Positions 1-10,432 of a stretch of 64,000 nucleotides of DNA are shown here, in pieces; the first letter of the stretch is position 1, and the number at the start of each line of letters is the position of its first letter. The stretch covers positions 74,577 to 138,576 of the forward strand of contig JAJRZK010000049.1 in assembly GCA_024275315.1 (NCBI GenBank), written 5' to 3'. The notes beneath the pieces were generated by a model. That model made no database searches and was not told the DNA's origin. It saw nothing but the letters and a program-made list of their open reading frames with translations. The stretch comes from Nitrospirota bacterium (GTDB lineage Bacteria > Nitrospinota_A > UBA7883). A program made the position numbers and the translations under genes.

Positions 1-2
1 TC

Positions 3-392
3 GGGTTTTGGGTTCTTGTCCTCCGGTTGCAGGGCGAACCTGCCATGATGGGCGTTCTGATATCCGCCCACACACACCTGGTTTTGTTCGGATTCGTCAT
101 CATGCTGATAATGGGTGTGGCGTACTGGATGTTTCCCAGGCCCGCGAAAGATGACATTCGCTACAGCCCGAAGATGGCGGAGCTGAATTACTGGCTCATC
201 ACGATTGGCACGGTTGTGCGCACGTTCGGGGAACTCTATTATTATATGACCGCCTGGAAGGGCGCGTACGCTCTGATAACTATAGGGGCCATATCACAGC
301 TTCTGTCCGGTTTCGTCTTCTCCTGGAATATATGGACCAGGATACGGGCCATCGGCAGTCAGCACCGCGAAGCAAAAGGGGAAAAGTTCTAG
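3..392 (+). CDS. Membrane protein resembling short cbb3-type cytochrome c oxidase subunit I-like proteins (5' truncated by window edge)
   Basis: Frame is open from the window start; hydrophobic helices with AHTHLVLFGF...GVAYWMFPR motif. Confidence 0.6.
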   Translation, partial: GFWVLVLRLQGEPAMMGVLISAHTHLVLFGFVIMLIMGVAYWMFPRPAKDDIRYSPKMAELNYWLITIGTVVRTFGELYYYMTAWKGAYALITIGAISQLLSGFVFSWNIWTRIRAIGSQHREAKGEKF

Positions 393-585
393 CGCAACGT
401 TCTCCTTTTCGCAGAATTTCCGCCCAGTCCCGGTGTGGAAGACGCCGCGAATGGCCGGGGTATGCGTTTTGACGCAGTTGGTCAATCCCGCAATGTACGC
501 AATTTAGCGATCATGTATAATGTCCCCTGGTATAAAATCAAGACTTTCTATCATCTCGTTTATAACGCGGGGAAAGGTCAGCCGG

Positions 586-1563
586 ATGCGCGCTCTGGAG
601 GATATGAAAATCCTGATAGTCGACGACTCCAGGATGTTCAGGAACCTGATCCAGACTCTGCTCAACGACTCCGGATATAAAAACGTGGAATGGGTGGATT
701 GCGCCGAAGGGGCCATGAAATACTTCGGCATGAACAGCGATGGTGAATCAGATCCAAAAGGAACCGACCTGGTGCTGATGGACGTGATAATGAAGGAGAT
801 GGATGGCATCGAGGCTTGCAGGCGGATAAAAAGCGACGAGCGGCTGAATGATATTCCCGTCGTCATGGTCACATCGATTTCAGAAAAGAAAAGCCTGCAA
901 AAAGCGTTTGAAGCCGGCGCGGTCGATTATATCACCAAGCCTTTCGACCAGGTCGAGGTCCGCGTCCGGGTCGGGTCTGTGTTGCGGTTAAAACGTGAAA
1001 TCGACGAGCGCAAAGACCGTGAACGAGAGCTTGCCATAGCAAACAAGGAGTTAAAAAGGCTGTCATCACTCGACGGATTGACCGGGATCGCCAACCGGCG
1101 GTATTTCGACGAGCACATCGAGGCGGAGTGGAGGCGGGCCATGCGCGATTCAAAACCTCTTTCCATTATGATAATCGACATCGATTTTTTTAAACCCTAC
1201 AACGACCATTACGGACACCAGGGGGGTGATAGCTGTTTGAAGCAGGTCGCCTGCGCAATTAATGATTACGCAAGGCGGGGCGGAGATTTCGCGGCCAGGT
1301 ATGGCGGCGAGGAGTTTGTGGTTACCCTGGCCGGCACAGACAGGGACAAAGCCGCTAGCATGGCGGAAAAATTGCGCGAAGCGGTGGAATCGCTGAGGAT
1401 ACCACACGAAAAATCGAAAGCGAGTAGCGTGGTCACAGTCAGCATAGGCGTGTCCACGGTGAATCCGAACACCGAAATGCTCCCCTCGACACTGATCGAG
1501 CTGGCCGACAAGGGCTTGTATCGCGCGAAGGAAAAAGGCCGTAACCAGGTCCAGGTTTTTTAA
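586..1563 (+). CDS. Response-regulator diguanylate cyclase (REC + GGDEF, PleD/WspR-like)
   Basis: ILIVDD, DLVLMD and DYITKP receiver motifs; DGLTGIANRR, RxxD I-site (RGGD) and RYGGEEF; ATG 586 preceded by GGAAAGG. Confidence 0.93.
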   Translation: MRALEDMKILIVDDSRMFRNLIQTLLNDSGYKNVEWVDCAEGAMKYFGMNSDGESDPKGTDLVLMDVIMKEMDGIEACRRIKSDERLNDIPVVMVTSISEKKSLQKAFEAGAVDYITKPFDQVEVRVRVGSVLRLKREIDERKDRERELAIANKELKRLSSLDGLTGIANRRYFDEHIEAEWRRAMRDSKPLSIMIIDIDFFKPYNDHYGHQGGDSCLKQVACAINDYARRGGDFAARYGGEEFVVTLAGTDRDKAASMAEKLREAVESLRIPHEKSKASSVVTVSIGVSTVNPNTEMLPSTLIELADKGLYRAKEKGRNQVQVF

Positions 1564-1620
1564 CGATCTCTAAAGGACGGAGAGGCTTGTTTGAGCCCGG
1601 ATAGGCTGACCCCGGAGGGC

Positions 1621-2019
1621 TTATTTGAGCCCTTTGGAGTTGAAAAACGGGCCGTATTTCTTGTCCGTTTTGGCTATATGCTCCTTGAGCCATTCCACCA
1701 CGAAATTCATTATATCGTCTTTCAGCACGATGTCGCCGGAGTAGTAGTTGGAATAAAACTCCTTCACCTGCAACTTGAGATCGTCATGCTCTTTTTTGTG
1801 CTCTTCATACTCGTCGTACCCGTAGGCGATCATGTCCATTTCCTCGGCAAGGAAATGTTTGCTGGTATACTCCAGCAACTTGTCGAGGATGGCGCCGATA
1901 TCGTATTTCCCCTTCTCTTCTCTTATCCCACGGTGCAGATCGTCAACCAGCTTTACAAGCTGTTTGTGCTGCGCGTCGAATTTAATCACGCCGACGCTCA
2001 AGCTGTCTTTCCATTCCAT
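1621..2019 (-). CDS. Bacteriohemerythrin (single domain)
   Basis: W..SLSVG..FDAQHKQL, HFLAEE, HKKEH and WLKEHIAKTD give the full di-iron ligand set. Confidence 0.95.
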   Translation of the reverse strand: MEWKDSLSVGVIKFDAQHKQLVKLVDDLHRGIREEKGKYDIGAILDKLLEYTSKHFLAEEMDMIAYGYDEYEEHKKEHDDLKLQVKEFYSNYYSGDIVLKDDIMNFVVEWLKEHIAKTDKKYGPFFNSKGLK

Positions 2020-2271
2020 TGTCGCAGACCCTTTATCTGAATATATCGTGTAAACAGTTCAACTCGACCAGTACAAAACCACCGTATTATAACATTTGGC
2101 AAGCGACAATCTATCATTTTGATTCATGGTTTTACGTTATATGCGAATTTTTATGGGATTTGTGAATAAAAGGTTGAAATTCAACAATTTCCCCGCAGGC
2201 GTATAGCCAGAAAGCCAATGCCGAAACACGTTGCGGCTTGTATTTTCTTTCCAGGTTAGGTACGGATAAAT

Positions 2272-3405
2272 CTATCGATCCCGCCCCGCGCCAGACCAGC
2301 TGGCCAGGCGTTCACATATCTCGTCAAGATCAAGCGATTCATTCACGACACCGGCTTTCAGGGCGGAAGCGGGCATTCCGCCCACCACGCACGTTTCCGG
2401 ATCCTGCGCCAGCACCGGAAAACCCTTTGTGGCGAAATCCTTCGCCCCTTTGGAGCCGTCATCCCCCATCCCGGTCATGATTATCGCCACGGGGCTCAAA
2501 GCGACCGATGCGGACGTGGTGAACAAGAGATCCACCGATGGTTTGTAGGGCGTTTTCTGTCCCTCGTGGACTTTCAGTACCAGCTCTTCATCCTTGTTGC
2601 GCACCACACCGCTGTTTTTTCCCCCCGGCGCGATGACCACCATGCCTGGCTTCAACACCATCCCATCGCTTCCCTCCAGCACGTTCAGCCCGGTTTTTCT
2701 GTTGAGATGGTAGGCCAGGCTCGCCGTGAATCTGGCTGGCATGTGCTGGGCTATCACCATGGGGCAGGGCAATTCCCCGGTCGACGTCAGAAAGTCGGAC
2801 ATCACCGACGGCCCCCCGGTCGAAACGCCTATCACCACCAGATCGACCGGCGTAACGGGGGTAACCTTTTCCATGGCCGGCCTGCCCGTGTCTGGCGCGG
2901 CGCCTTGCGTCGCGGCAATAAAACCCTCTGAACCGGCGCCGGACGGGATATCCGCGTGATCGCGCCTCTTTTTCTTTTCCAGCGAAAGCCGGTGCTGGAC
3001 AAATGGTAGCGAGTTTTTGCCCCAGAAATGTACTTTGGTCAATATCTCGTTGTTGACGCGGAGCAGTTCGAACTTCGCCATGGAATTTTTCTTGGAGATA
3101 AAATCAACCGCTCCGTGCTCCAGCGCCTGTATGGTGGAGGAGCTTTCCTCCTGGGTATAGTTGCTGACCATGATGATGGGAGTCGGAAACCGGGCCATGA
3201 TCTCGCGTGTGGCCTGTATGCCATCCATGTTCGGCATCTCCACGTCCATGGTTACCACGTCCGGCCTGTTTTTTTCCATGATTTTCAACGCCGCCTGGCC
3301 GTCCTCGGCTTCGCCGATCACTTCTATCTCCGGATCGGTCTCGACGATCGACCTGATGGTAAAACGGAAAAAGAGCGAATCATCTACTATGAGAAGCTTT
3401 ATCAT
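2272..3405 (-). CDS. cheB: Chemotaxis protein-glutamate methylesterase/response regulator
   Basis: N-terminal REC; catalytic motifs GVSTGG, QHMP, MTGMGDDG. Confidence 0.96.
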   Translation of the reverse strand: MIKLLIVDDSLFFRFTIRSIVETDPEIEVIGEAEDGQAALKIMEKNRPDVVTMDVEMPNMDGIQATREIMARFPTPIIMVSNYTQEESSSTIQALEHGAVDFISKKNSMAKFELLRVNNEILTKVHFWGKNSLPFVQHRLSLEKKKRRDHADIPSGAGSEGFIAATQGAAPDTGRPAMEKVTPVTPVDLVVIGVSTGGPSVMSDFLTSTGELPCPMVIAQHMPARFTASLAYHLNRKTGLNVLEGSDGMVLKPGMVVIAPGGKNSGVVRNKDEELVLKVHEGQKTPYKPSVDLLFTTSASVALSPVAIIMTGMGDDGSKGAKDFATKGFPVLAQDPETCVVGGMPASALKAGVVNESLDLDEICERLASWSGAGRDR

Positions 3406-3484
3406 GAGTCTGCTGTGGCGCCGGGATCAACCGGTGGCGAAACCGGGGGCCTGGCTGATGGAGACTTGCGCTTCAGGCGTTTTT

Positions 3485-6400
3485 TCATATCCACGCCGAT
3501 TTTTTTATGGCCTCGAGCAGGTCCTCCGCGTCGAGCTTGAGCAGAAACTGGTCCACACCGGCTTCTAAGGCCTGGGACACATACTCCTCCTGGGCGTAAT
3601 TGGTCAGCATTATCACCGGTAGCGAAGGATGTATGCGCTTGACTATCCTGGTGAATTCGCATCCGTCTATACGCGGCATTTCCAGGTCGGTGACGACCAG
3701 GTCCACACCATTTACAAGCCCCAGCCCCTCTTCGCCATCCTCCGCCTGGGTCACGTTGTAGCCGGCTTCGGTCAGAATGCGGCATATCATGTCACGCTGA
3801 GTCTGGGAATCGTCTACCACCAGTATGTTGTTGATGGTCCTGGCGTTCGTCTGCAACCTTGTTTCGGGCTTGATGGAGTATGTTTTTGTTTTGTTTTTTT
3901 CCGCGGCGGACGCAAAAACCTGGTCTGTGGAAAACAACAGCGTCACACGATTGTTGATTATAAGAGCCTCGTCCAGCGCCAGCTTGCCGGTGGCCCGTTC
4001 CAGCGCGGATTTTTCCACCTTGACAAGGCCACTCAGCTCGTTAACGATCAGCCCCGCCTTCCGCCCATCCTTTGTCAGGACGATAACGTACACTTTCTCC
4101 AGGTACGGAGGGGACTCGAAACCGGTTATGTACGGAGCCTTGGTTACAGGCAGGATTTCGTCGCCGTACTTGATCACATCCTGGGCGCCCACGTTTTCGA
4201 TCTGGTTTATGTTGATGATGCTGAGCTTGTTGATCCCCTTGAGGGCCATTCCGTATTGCTCCACCTGTCCGTCGCTTAGCAACAGCACCAGTTCCTCGTT
4301 GAAAACGCTCGTATCGACCCTCATCCTATCGGCGGTTTCAGAGTCTATGAGTTTGGCGACATTTATAATTTCGGTCACGTCCAGGATCAGCGCGATGGAT
4401 CCGTCTCCGAGTATGGTGGCGCCAGATATGTATTTCGCGTTGTAAATTCCCTGGAGCGAATCCAGCGGCTTGATCAGCACTTCCTCCTGGCCGAGCGTCC
4501 TGTCCACCACCAGGCCCACCTGTTTTATCCCGATCTTCACCACCACGATATCGAGCTGGTTCGATTCGTCGATGATGATAACCTCGCTTTCCAGGTTAAG
4601 CAGCTTGTTCATGAAAATGACCGGGAGTATCTCGTCTCTCAAACGCACGACCGGAACACCGCTGACCCATTCGATGCCCGATAGTGGCAACCGGACGGTT
4701 TCCATAACCGAAAACAGGGGTATGGCCAGCCTTTCCTCCTCCACCTGGCACAAAAGCGTCTGCATGATGGCCAGGGTCAGCGGGATGCGTATCTTTATCC
4801 TGGTCCCCTTTCCCGGTTGCGATTCAATATCTATCTGGCCCTTGAGGTTTTCTATGTTGGTCTTGACCACATCCATCCCCACACCGCGTCCTGAAACGTC
4901 GGACACCTCCTCCGCGGTGGAAAACCCGGGCAGGAATATCAGGGAAAGTTTCTCGGCGGGGCTGAGGGCCTCCACGGCTTCCGCGGTCAACAGCTTTTTC
5001 TCGATCACTTTGGTTGCGATGACATACTGGTCTATCCCTTTGCCGTCGTCTATGATCTCTATGATGATCGAGTTGCCCTCCTGGAACGCGTTTAAGTGTA
5101 TGGAACCGCGCCGCGGTTTGCCCGCGGTGACCCGGTCGTCGGGGAACTCTATTCCATGATCCACGCAATTGCGGATGATATGCATCAGCGGATCGGAAAT
5201 GGATTCTATCAGGTTCTTGTCCAGCTCCGTCTCGGAACCGCTGATGATGAGGTCCGCCTCCTTGCCCAGCGCTCTGCAAAGGTCGCGGACCACACGGTTG
5301 AACTTGCTGAAAATGTTGCCCACAGGCAACATCCTGGTGCTCATCACGGCCCCCTGCAGGCTACCGGTCACCATGTCGAGCTGGCTGGCCAGGTTGTTGA
5401 AGTCCTCGATGAGCTGCTCTGTTTTCTCCTCGTTTACCAGTTGGTGATTAAGCTGGTTGTACCGGTTCCGGAGAAGGACAAGCTCTCCCACCGAGTTCAT
5501 CAGATCGTCCAGCCGGGAGACGTTCACCCGGATTGTGTTTATTTTCTCCTTTGCGTGCTGGATGGACGGAGGCGTGTTCCCGACACGTTTATCGCCCGGC
5601 TTGCTTCCCGGTTGCGGCTCTACGACTCCTCCGTGCCGGGCGGACTGGATAGCCTCCAGGGCCATCATCAGCGAGCTTGTGTCTATATCTCCCTCGTTAT
5701 ACGTGGTCTTGAGGTTCTTGTTAAAAGCTCTCAGGGTGTCGTTTACCTCAAGACACGTGTCCAGAAGCTCTCTTGGAACAGGGGTTTTCGTCTCACGGTA
5801 ATATGACAGGGCCGATTCGGTGGAGTGGCAAAGAGCGCCGAGCTTTTTGAAACCCAGCGCGTTGGACATCCCTTTCATATTATGGATCTGCCGGAAACAG
5901 TTGTTTATCTCGTCCATCAGCCCCGGGTCGGCTTCCAGCTTCAGCAACGACAGCTCTATAACGTCGATATGCTCTCCAAACTCCTGCAGGAAATCAGGCA
6001 TGTACATATCGAGCATATGTTTGCGTTCCTCGTCCATCTCCTCCGTGGCGGGCGAGGGGGCGCTCTCGGGTTTGAGCTGTTCCCGGGCGGCGGCGAGCCT
6101 CGACACCAGGTTTTTTATGTTGATATTTTCATCGCTGGATTTGTCGGTGAGGCTGGAGTTGAACTCCCGAAGAAGATCGTTGAACTCGAACAGCAGGTCC
6201 AGCGTCTCCACCGGAGCCGGGATGGCTTGTGATCTTATCTCCGACAAAACAGACTCAACCCCGTGGCACAGATCCTCCAGCTTGGCCAGGCCGAGCGAGT
6301 TGGATATCCCTTTCATGTTGTGCGTGAGACGAAAAATGGAGTTTATCTCATCCTGGTTCGACGGCTCCTTTTCCAGCGATAACAGAGCGGCGTCTATGGT

Positions 6401-7126
6401 GTCGATATTTTCGCCCAGCTCCTGGACGAAAACGGCGATATGACCTGCTATGTCTTTTGGTTTTTCCTTCGGCTCCGGCGGGGGGGGTGGTGTTTTCGAG
6501 TCCAGAAGGATCGCAAGTTTCGTGTCGAACGGGACGGTGTCTATGGTTTCGTCGCATGTCGGGTCCATGATCTGGTTGCGCACATAGTCCATGCAGTTGT
6601 CGAACCCTTGCAGTGTGTCGATCAGCTCGATGGACACGTCCCGGTCGCTAACCTCGTAGATGGCCGATTCCAGAGATTTGCAAAGAGCCGCAAGCCTGGG
6701 CATGCCGGTTTTTTCCGCCTGCTCGCCCACCGCCTGGCAATAGGCGAGGCACGCGCCAAGCTCTCCTTTGGCGCCGGGGTTGTCCTTGAGTTTCGCAAAA
6801 GATGCGCTGAACAACTCCGCCTTGGCCGTAATTTCGTCCGTGTATTTTTTTTGCGCTTCCGGTTCCAGGGCTGGTTTTTCCTCTACGGGTCCGGGGTTGC
6901 TCTTGGGGGTGTCTAAGTCGGCGGCGGTTTCCTGCGGTGAGGGCCCGCCCTGCGTGTCCGGCTCTGGCTGTTCCGGGGAAACGTCGTGTGACTTGGTGAA
7001 AAACTGCCCCAGGATCTGCTCGTCGGTGCTGAACGGATTTTCAAACAGGGGCTTTCTTGGCTTCTTCGCCGATTTGGCCCGTTTGCGTTTTTTGCCCGGG
7101 ACCGGCTTTTTTTCTTTATTCGCCAT
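3485..7126 (-). CDS. cheA: Hybrid chemotaxis histidine kinase (multiple Hpt, dimerization, HATPase, two CheW-like, C-terminal REC)
   Basis: Two FRxxHNMKG Hpt motifs; IRVNVSRLDDLMN; HIIRNCVDHGIE, DDGKGID, GFST, SGRGVGMDVV; C-terminal ILVVDD receiver. Confidence 0.96.
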   Translation of the reverse strand: MANKEKKPVPGKKRKRAKSAKKPRKPLFENPFSTDEQILGQFFTKSHDVSPEQPEPDTQGGPSPQETAADLDTPKSNPGPVEEKPALEPEAQKKYTDEITAKAELFSASFAKLKDNPGAKGELGACLAYCQAVGEQAEKTGMPRLAALCKSLESAIYEVSDRDVSIELIDTLQGFDNCMDYVRNQIMDPTCDETIDTVPFDTKLAILLDSKTPPPPPEPKEKPKDIAGHIAVFVQELGENIDTIDAALLSLEKEPSNQDEINSIFRLTHNMKGISNSLGLAKLEDLCHGVESVLSEIRSQAIPAPVETLDLLFEFNDLLREFNSSLTDKSSDENINIKNLVSRLAAAREQLKPESAPSPATEEMDEERKHMLDMYMPDFLQEFGEHIDVIELSLLKLEADPGLMDEINNCFRQIHNMKGMSNALGFKKLGALCHSTESALSYYRETKTPVPRELLDTCLEVNDTLRAFNKNLKTTYNEGDIDTSSLMMALEAIQSARHGGVVEPQPGSKPGDKRVGNTPPSIQHAKEKINTIRVNVSRLDDLMNSVGELVLLRNRYNQLNHQLVNEEKTEQLIEDFNNLASQLDMVTGSLQGAVMSTRMLPVGNIFSKFNRVVRDLCRALGKEADLIISGSETELDKNLIESISDPLMHIIRNCVDHGIEFPDDRVTAGKPRRGSIHLNAFQEGNSIIIEIIDDGKGIDQYVIATKVIEKKLLTAEAVEALSPAEKLSLIFLPGFSTAEEVSDVSGRGVGMDVVKTNIENLKGQIDIESQPGKGTRIKIRIPLTLAIMQTLLCQVEEERLAIPLFSVMETVRLPLSGIEWVSGVPVVRLRDEILPVIFMNKLLNLESEVIIIDESNQLDIVVVKIGIKQVGLVVDRTLGQEEVLIKPLDSLQGIYNAKYISGATILGDGSIALILDVTEIINVAKLIDSETADRMRVDTSVFNEELVLLLSDGQVEQYGMALKGINKLSIININQIENVGAQDVIKYGDEILPVTKAPYITGFESPPYLEKVYVIVLTKDGRKAGLIVNELSGLVKVEKSALERATGKLALDEALIINNRVTLLFSTDQVFASAAEKNKTKTYSIKPETRLQTNARTINNILVVDDSQTQRDMICRILTEAGYNVTQAEDGEEGLGLVNGVDLVVTDLEMPRIDGCEFTRIVKRIHPSLPVIMLTNYAQEEYVSQALEAGVDQFLLKLDAEDLLEAIKKSAWI

Positions 7127-7856
7127 TTAGCACTTTCCGCACTATCTTGTCATAATCCTCCGCGCCATACGATTTTGGCGCATATGTGAAAATATCCTGA
7201 TGAGCCCCGACCGCTTCGGACAGCTTTACATTTTTTCTTACCGGGTTGGATACGTTTTGACCGAAACGGCTGTTGAGACTTTCAAGCACTTCCTGGCTTT
7301 TTCTGTCCCGTTTATCGTAAAACGTGGGGATAATCATCCCGATTTTCAGTTTATGCCCCATCCTGGACTGAATCCATTCCAGGTTGTCGATCACTTCCCT
7401 GGCTCCGATCAACGAAAAATAATCCATCGCCACGGGAACAAAAGCCTCGTCGGCGTATAACATGGCGTTCAGGTTGAGCAGGTTCAGCGACGGAGCGCAA
7501 TCCAGGATCACGTAGTCCATGCCGTCGAGATTTTTCATGGCCCTGATCAGGATTTTCTCACGGTCGTTCCGGGTCGCCATGAAAATCTCCGCCTGGGCCA
7601 GTGTCTTGTTGCTGGGGATCAGCCAGAGATTGTCATCTATCGGATACAGACATCTATCGAGATCGATGTTTTCCACCAGAAGATGAAACAGATTATGGCT
7701 GAACCTCAGGTTGTACCAGATCCCCAGACCTCCCTGGGGGTCCATGTCGATAAGCAGTACTTTTTTGTTGTGGCGGCGCAGGCCAGACGCTATGGTCGCC
7801 GACGTGGTCGTCTTTCCCGTTCCGCCTTTCTGGTTGATCACGACTATTTTACGCAT
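7116..7856 (-). CDS. ParA/Soj-family ATPase within the chemotaxis operon (ParC/PpfA-like)
   Basis: Deviant Walker A NQKGGTGKTT, LIDMDPQG, ILDCAPS; overlaps the cheA start. Confidence 0.9.
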   Translation of the reverse strand: MRKIVVINQKGGTGKTTTSATIASGLRRHNKKVLLIDMDPQGGLGIWYNLRFSHNLFHLLVENIDLDRCLYPIDDNLWLIPSNKTLAQAEIFMATRNDREKILIRAMKNLDGMDYVILDCAPSLNLLNLNAMLYADEAFVPVAMDYFSLIGAREVIDNLEWIQSRMGHKLKIGMIIPTFYDKRDRKSQEVLESLNSRFGQNVSNPVRKNVKLSEAVGAHQDIFTYAPKSYGAEDYDKIVRKVLNGE

Positions 7857-7869
7857 TCTGGCGCCATCT

Positions 7870-8337
7870 TCACGCAGGTTGCGCTTCCTGGCCCGGCTCG
7901 GCGGATTCCTGCGGATCCCGGATCAGGTTTTTTATGTCGATAAGAACCACGAGCGAATCCAGACCCTTGTAGACACCAAGTATATGTTTGGGGTCGATGA
8001 TGGTTGTTTCCGACCGCATGGGGTCGATGCTGTCGGCCGGAATTTCCATGACGGTCGATAACGAGTCCACCTGGACGCCGATTTTTTTTGTCTCGTCGAG
8101 TTTGCAGATTATTATCCTGGATTCGTCGCTGTCCTCGGACATGGACAGGTTCAGCTTCGCCCGCAAATCGATAAGGGGCACGATCAGGCCGCGCAAATTG
8201 ATGATGCCTTTCAGGAATTTCGGAGCGTTGGGGATTATGGTGATACGAAATTCCGACAGAAATATGATCTCCTGGACGACCAGGACATCTATGCCGAAAA
8301 GCTCGTTGCTTATATAAAAATTGATATATTTTGGCAT
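7870..8337 (-). CDS. cheW: Chemotaxis coupling protein CheW
   Basis: FGIDVLVVQEII...IPNAPKFLKGIINLRGLIVPLIDL. Confidence 0.95.
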   Translation of the reverse strand: MPKYINFYISNELFGIDVLVVQEIIFLSEFRITIIPNAPKFLKGIINLRGLIVPLIDLRAKLNLSMSEDSDESRIIICKLDETKKIGVQVDSLSTVMEIPADSIDPMRSETTIIDPKHILGVYKGLDSLVVLIDIKNLIRDPQESAEPGQEAQPA

Positions 8338-8768
8338 ACTGGTTCCTCAACGGCTTGGGCCGAGCACCGTTTCAGTTGACAGACTCGGATGACTTTTCCC
8401 CATCAAGAGCCCGCTACTACGCAACGTCACATTGCATACTACATTTTATGGCAAGATGGACGCAAGTTTTTCGATGTTTGCGCAAAGCGGCTTCGGGGAC
8501 GGGCGCCCGGTTCCGGTTTTTTCACGAGGTGCGAATCCCGAAAACAACTGGATATTCCGCGTAAAATCAAACATGGACGGGCAATCGCCAACTTTGCGGA
8601 AACATGCGTAATTTAATTTCTTTCAACAGATAAAATGTGTTAGTATTGCAATCTTTTAAAGCTCGCATTGTATATATTTGTAGCATCCGGAGAATGCCTT
8701 AAACAGCAGGTGTTTTTTTTGGACCGATTCTTTTAAAAGCAATTAAGGGTTTAAGAGGGTTTTCGTAG

Positions 8769-9910
8769 ATGCGATTCATGACCGGCAAAGCCGTCGCTTG
8801 TGCCATTGCCATAGCGCTGGTTATCATAACATCACCCGTTCCCGCCGCTTCCAGCATGACCAACGAGGAGATGGAGAAGAAAATCCAGGCGCTCGAGGAG
8901 AAAATAGAGGAACTCGAGGCGAATTCCGAAATAAACTCCGCCATCGGCGACGACCTGGAAACCCGGCTTGACAACCTGGTGAGAATTTCCGGCTACCTGG
9001 CCGTGGAATATATCGCCACCGACAAAAAGATGATGTCAGCAGGTTCCGGATTCATCATCTGTCGCTCTTTTTCGACCGGGACCTGACCGACAAGTGGAAA
9101 ATCTTTTCCGAAATCGAGTATGAAGACGCCCCGTACATAGAGTATTCCACCTCCAAAGAAACAATAAACGGCGAAGGCAAGATACTGGTGGAACAGGCGT
9201 ACACGGACTTTACCGCCGACCAGAAGCTTAACGTCCGCGCGGGCCGGTTTCTCACTCCCGCGGGGATATGGTTGATACACCACTATCCACCCTTTGTTCC
9301 GACCCAGGCGCGGCCACAACATATCAGGAAGATTTTTCCGCAATACACGGACGGCGTCTCCGTTTTCGGCGATTTTAACATGGACACCAACCTGCTGTAT
9401 TACAACCTGTATTACGGTAACGGGGAGGGTAACCAGGGGCATGGAGACGGGAACCAGGACAAGGCTGTTGGTGGTCGTCTTCAGTTCATTGCAAACGGCC
9501 CGTTTGAGCTTAAGGCAGGCGCGTCGGGCTATACAGACACGCTGAACAACGGCACGGGAAAAACATCGATCGGGGCCGACCTGGCTTTCAGGTACGCTGG
9601 GATGAAGTTTCAATCGGAATACGCCATCGGCGATTATGATCCCGCGGAGGGAAACACATACAGGTCCATCGGCTATTACGCCCAGGTGCAATACTCTATC
9701 GGCAGACACACCATATTTTACCGGTACGATTTCTACGAGCCAAGTGACCAGGCGGACCTCGACCAGGTCACCGTCAATACCGGCGGGATGAACTATCATT
9801 GGACTCCCACGGTTGTCTCCAAGATAGAGATCAACTCCTACGCCCACGAAAGCGGTTCTTCTGCAGAGGACTATGTCGAGTGGATATTGAGTTCCGCGAT
9901 TTTCTTCTGA
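8769..9910 (+). pseudogene. Outer-membrane porin (OprO/P-like beta-barrel with N-terminal coiled coil), split by a -1 frameshift at about 9024-9029
   Basis: Signal peptide and coiled coil in frame 8769; one extra A in the A5 run gives DKKDDVSRFRIHHLSLFFD...FSEIEYED...VEQAY continuing to the C-terminal aromatic AIFF. Confidence 0.8.
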
Positions 9911-9922
9911 CCGGGATAACAA

Positions 9923-10396
9923 ATGTTTGATATGGGGAAATTTATGGTTTCATTCAGATCGTTGGCCCTCCTGGCGGTAGCGGTTAATGTTTCCATTGCG
10001 CTATCGGCGAACACCGCGTTTTCAGAAACGATAGCGATAATAGTCAACCGCGACAACCCTGTGGAAAGCGTCACCGAGCAGGACCTGAAGAAATTTTATT
10101 CCGATATTTCCGTAAAGTGGTCCACCGGTGAGCGGGTAAAAATATACGATCTTCCCATCAACAACGAGGCCAGGAAAATATTTTCGGCGAAAATTCTGCA
10201 AAGAAGCCCTGAGGATGTGACTATGGAATGGGCGAATAAAAGAATAACCAACACAGCCAAAAATCCTCCCAATACCCTCAAATCCCAGGTGCTGATGCAA
10301 TCGAAGGTGGCGTCGGAAAAGGGGGGGCTCGGATATATGTTCGCCGACAAGGTTAACCACAAGAAAGTAAAAGTCGTCCTTACTATCAAAGAGTAG
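9923..10396 (+). CDS. Periplasmic substrate-binding-like protein (single PBP/PstS-like domain)
   Basis: Signal peptide; IAIIVNRDNPVESVT...LKKFY, GGLGY; typical porin-PBP-MCP context. Confidence 0.75.
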   Translation: MFDMGKFMVSFRSLALLAVAVNVSIALSANTAFSETIAIIVNRDNPVESVTEQDLKKFYSDISVKWSTGERVKIYDLPINNEARKIFSAKILQRSPEDVTMEWANKRITNTAKNPPNTLKSQVLMQSKVASEKGGLGYMFADKVNHKKVKVVLTIKE

Positions 10397-10432
10397 GTGG
10401 GCCTTGTCCGGTTTTCATTCTCGTCAGGGGCT

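Noticed and set aside
8340..8768. Sigma-28/sigma-54/FNR sites in the divergent chemotaxis promoter region
   Set aside because: Only partial matches with wrong spacing; cannot be supported by eye
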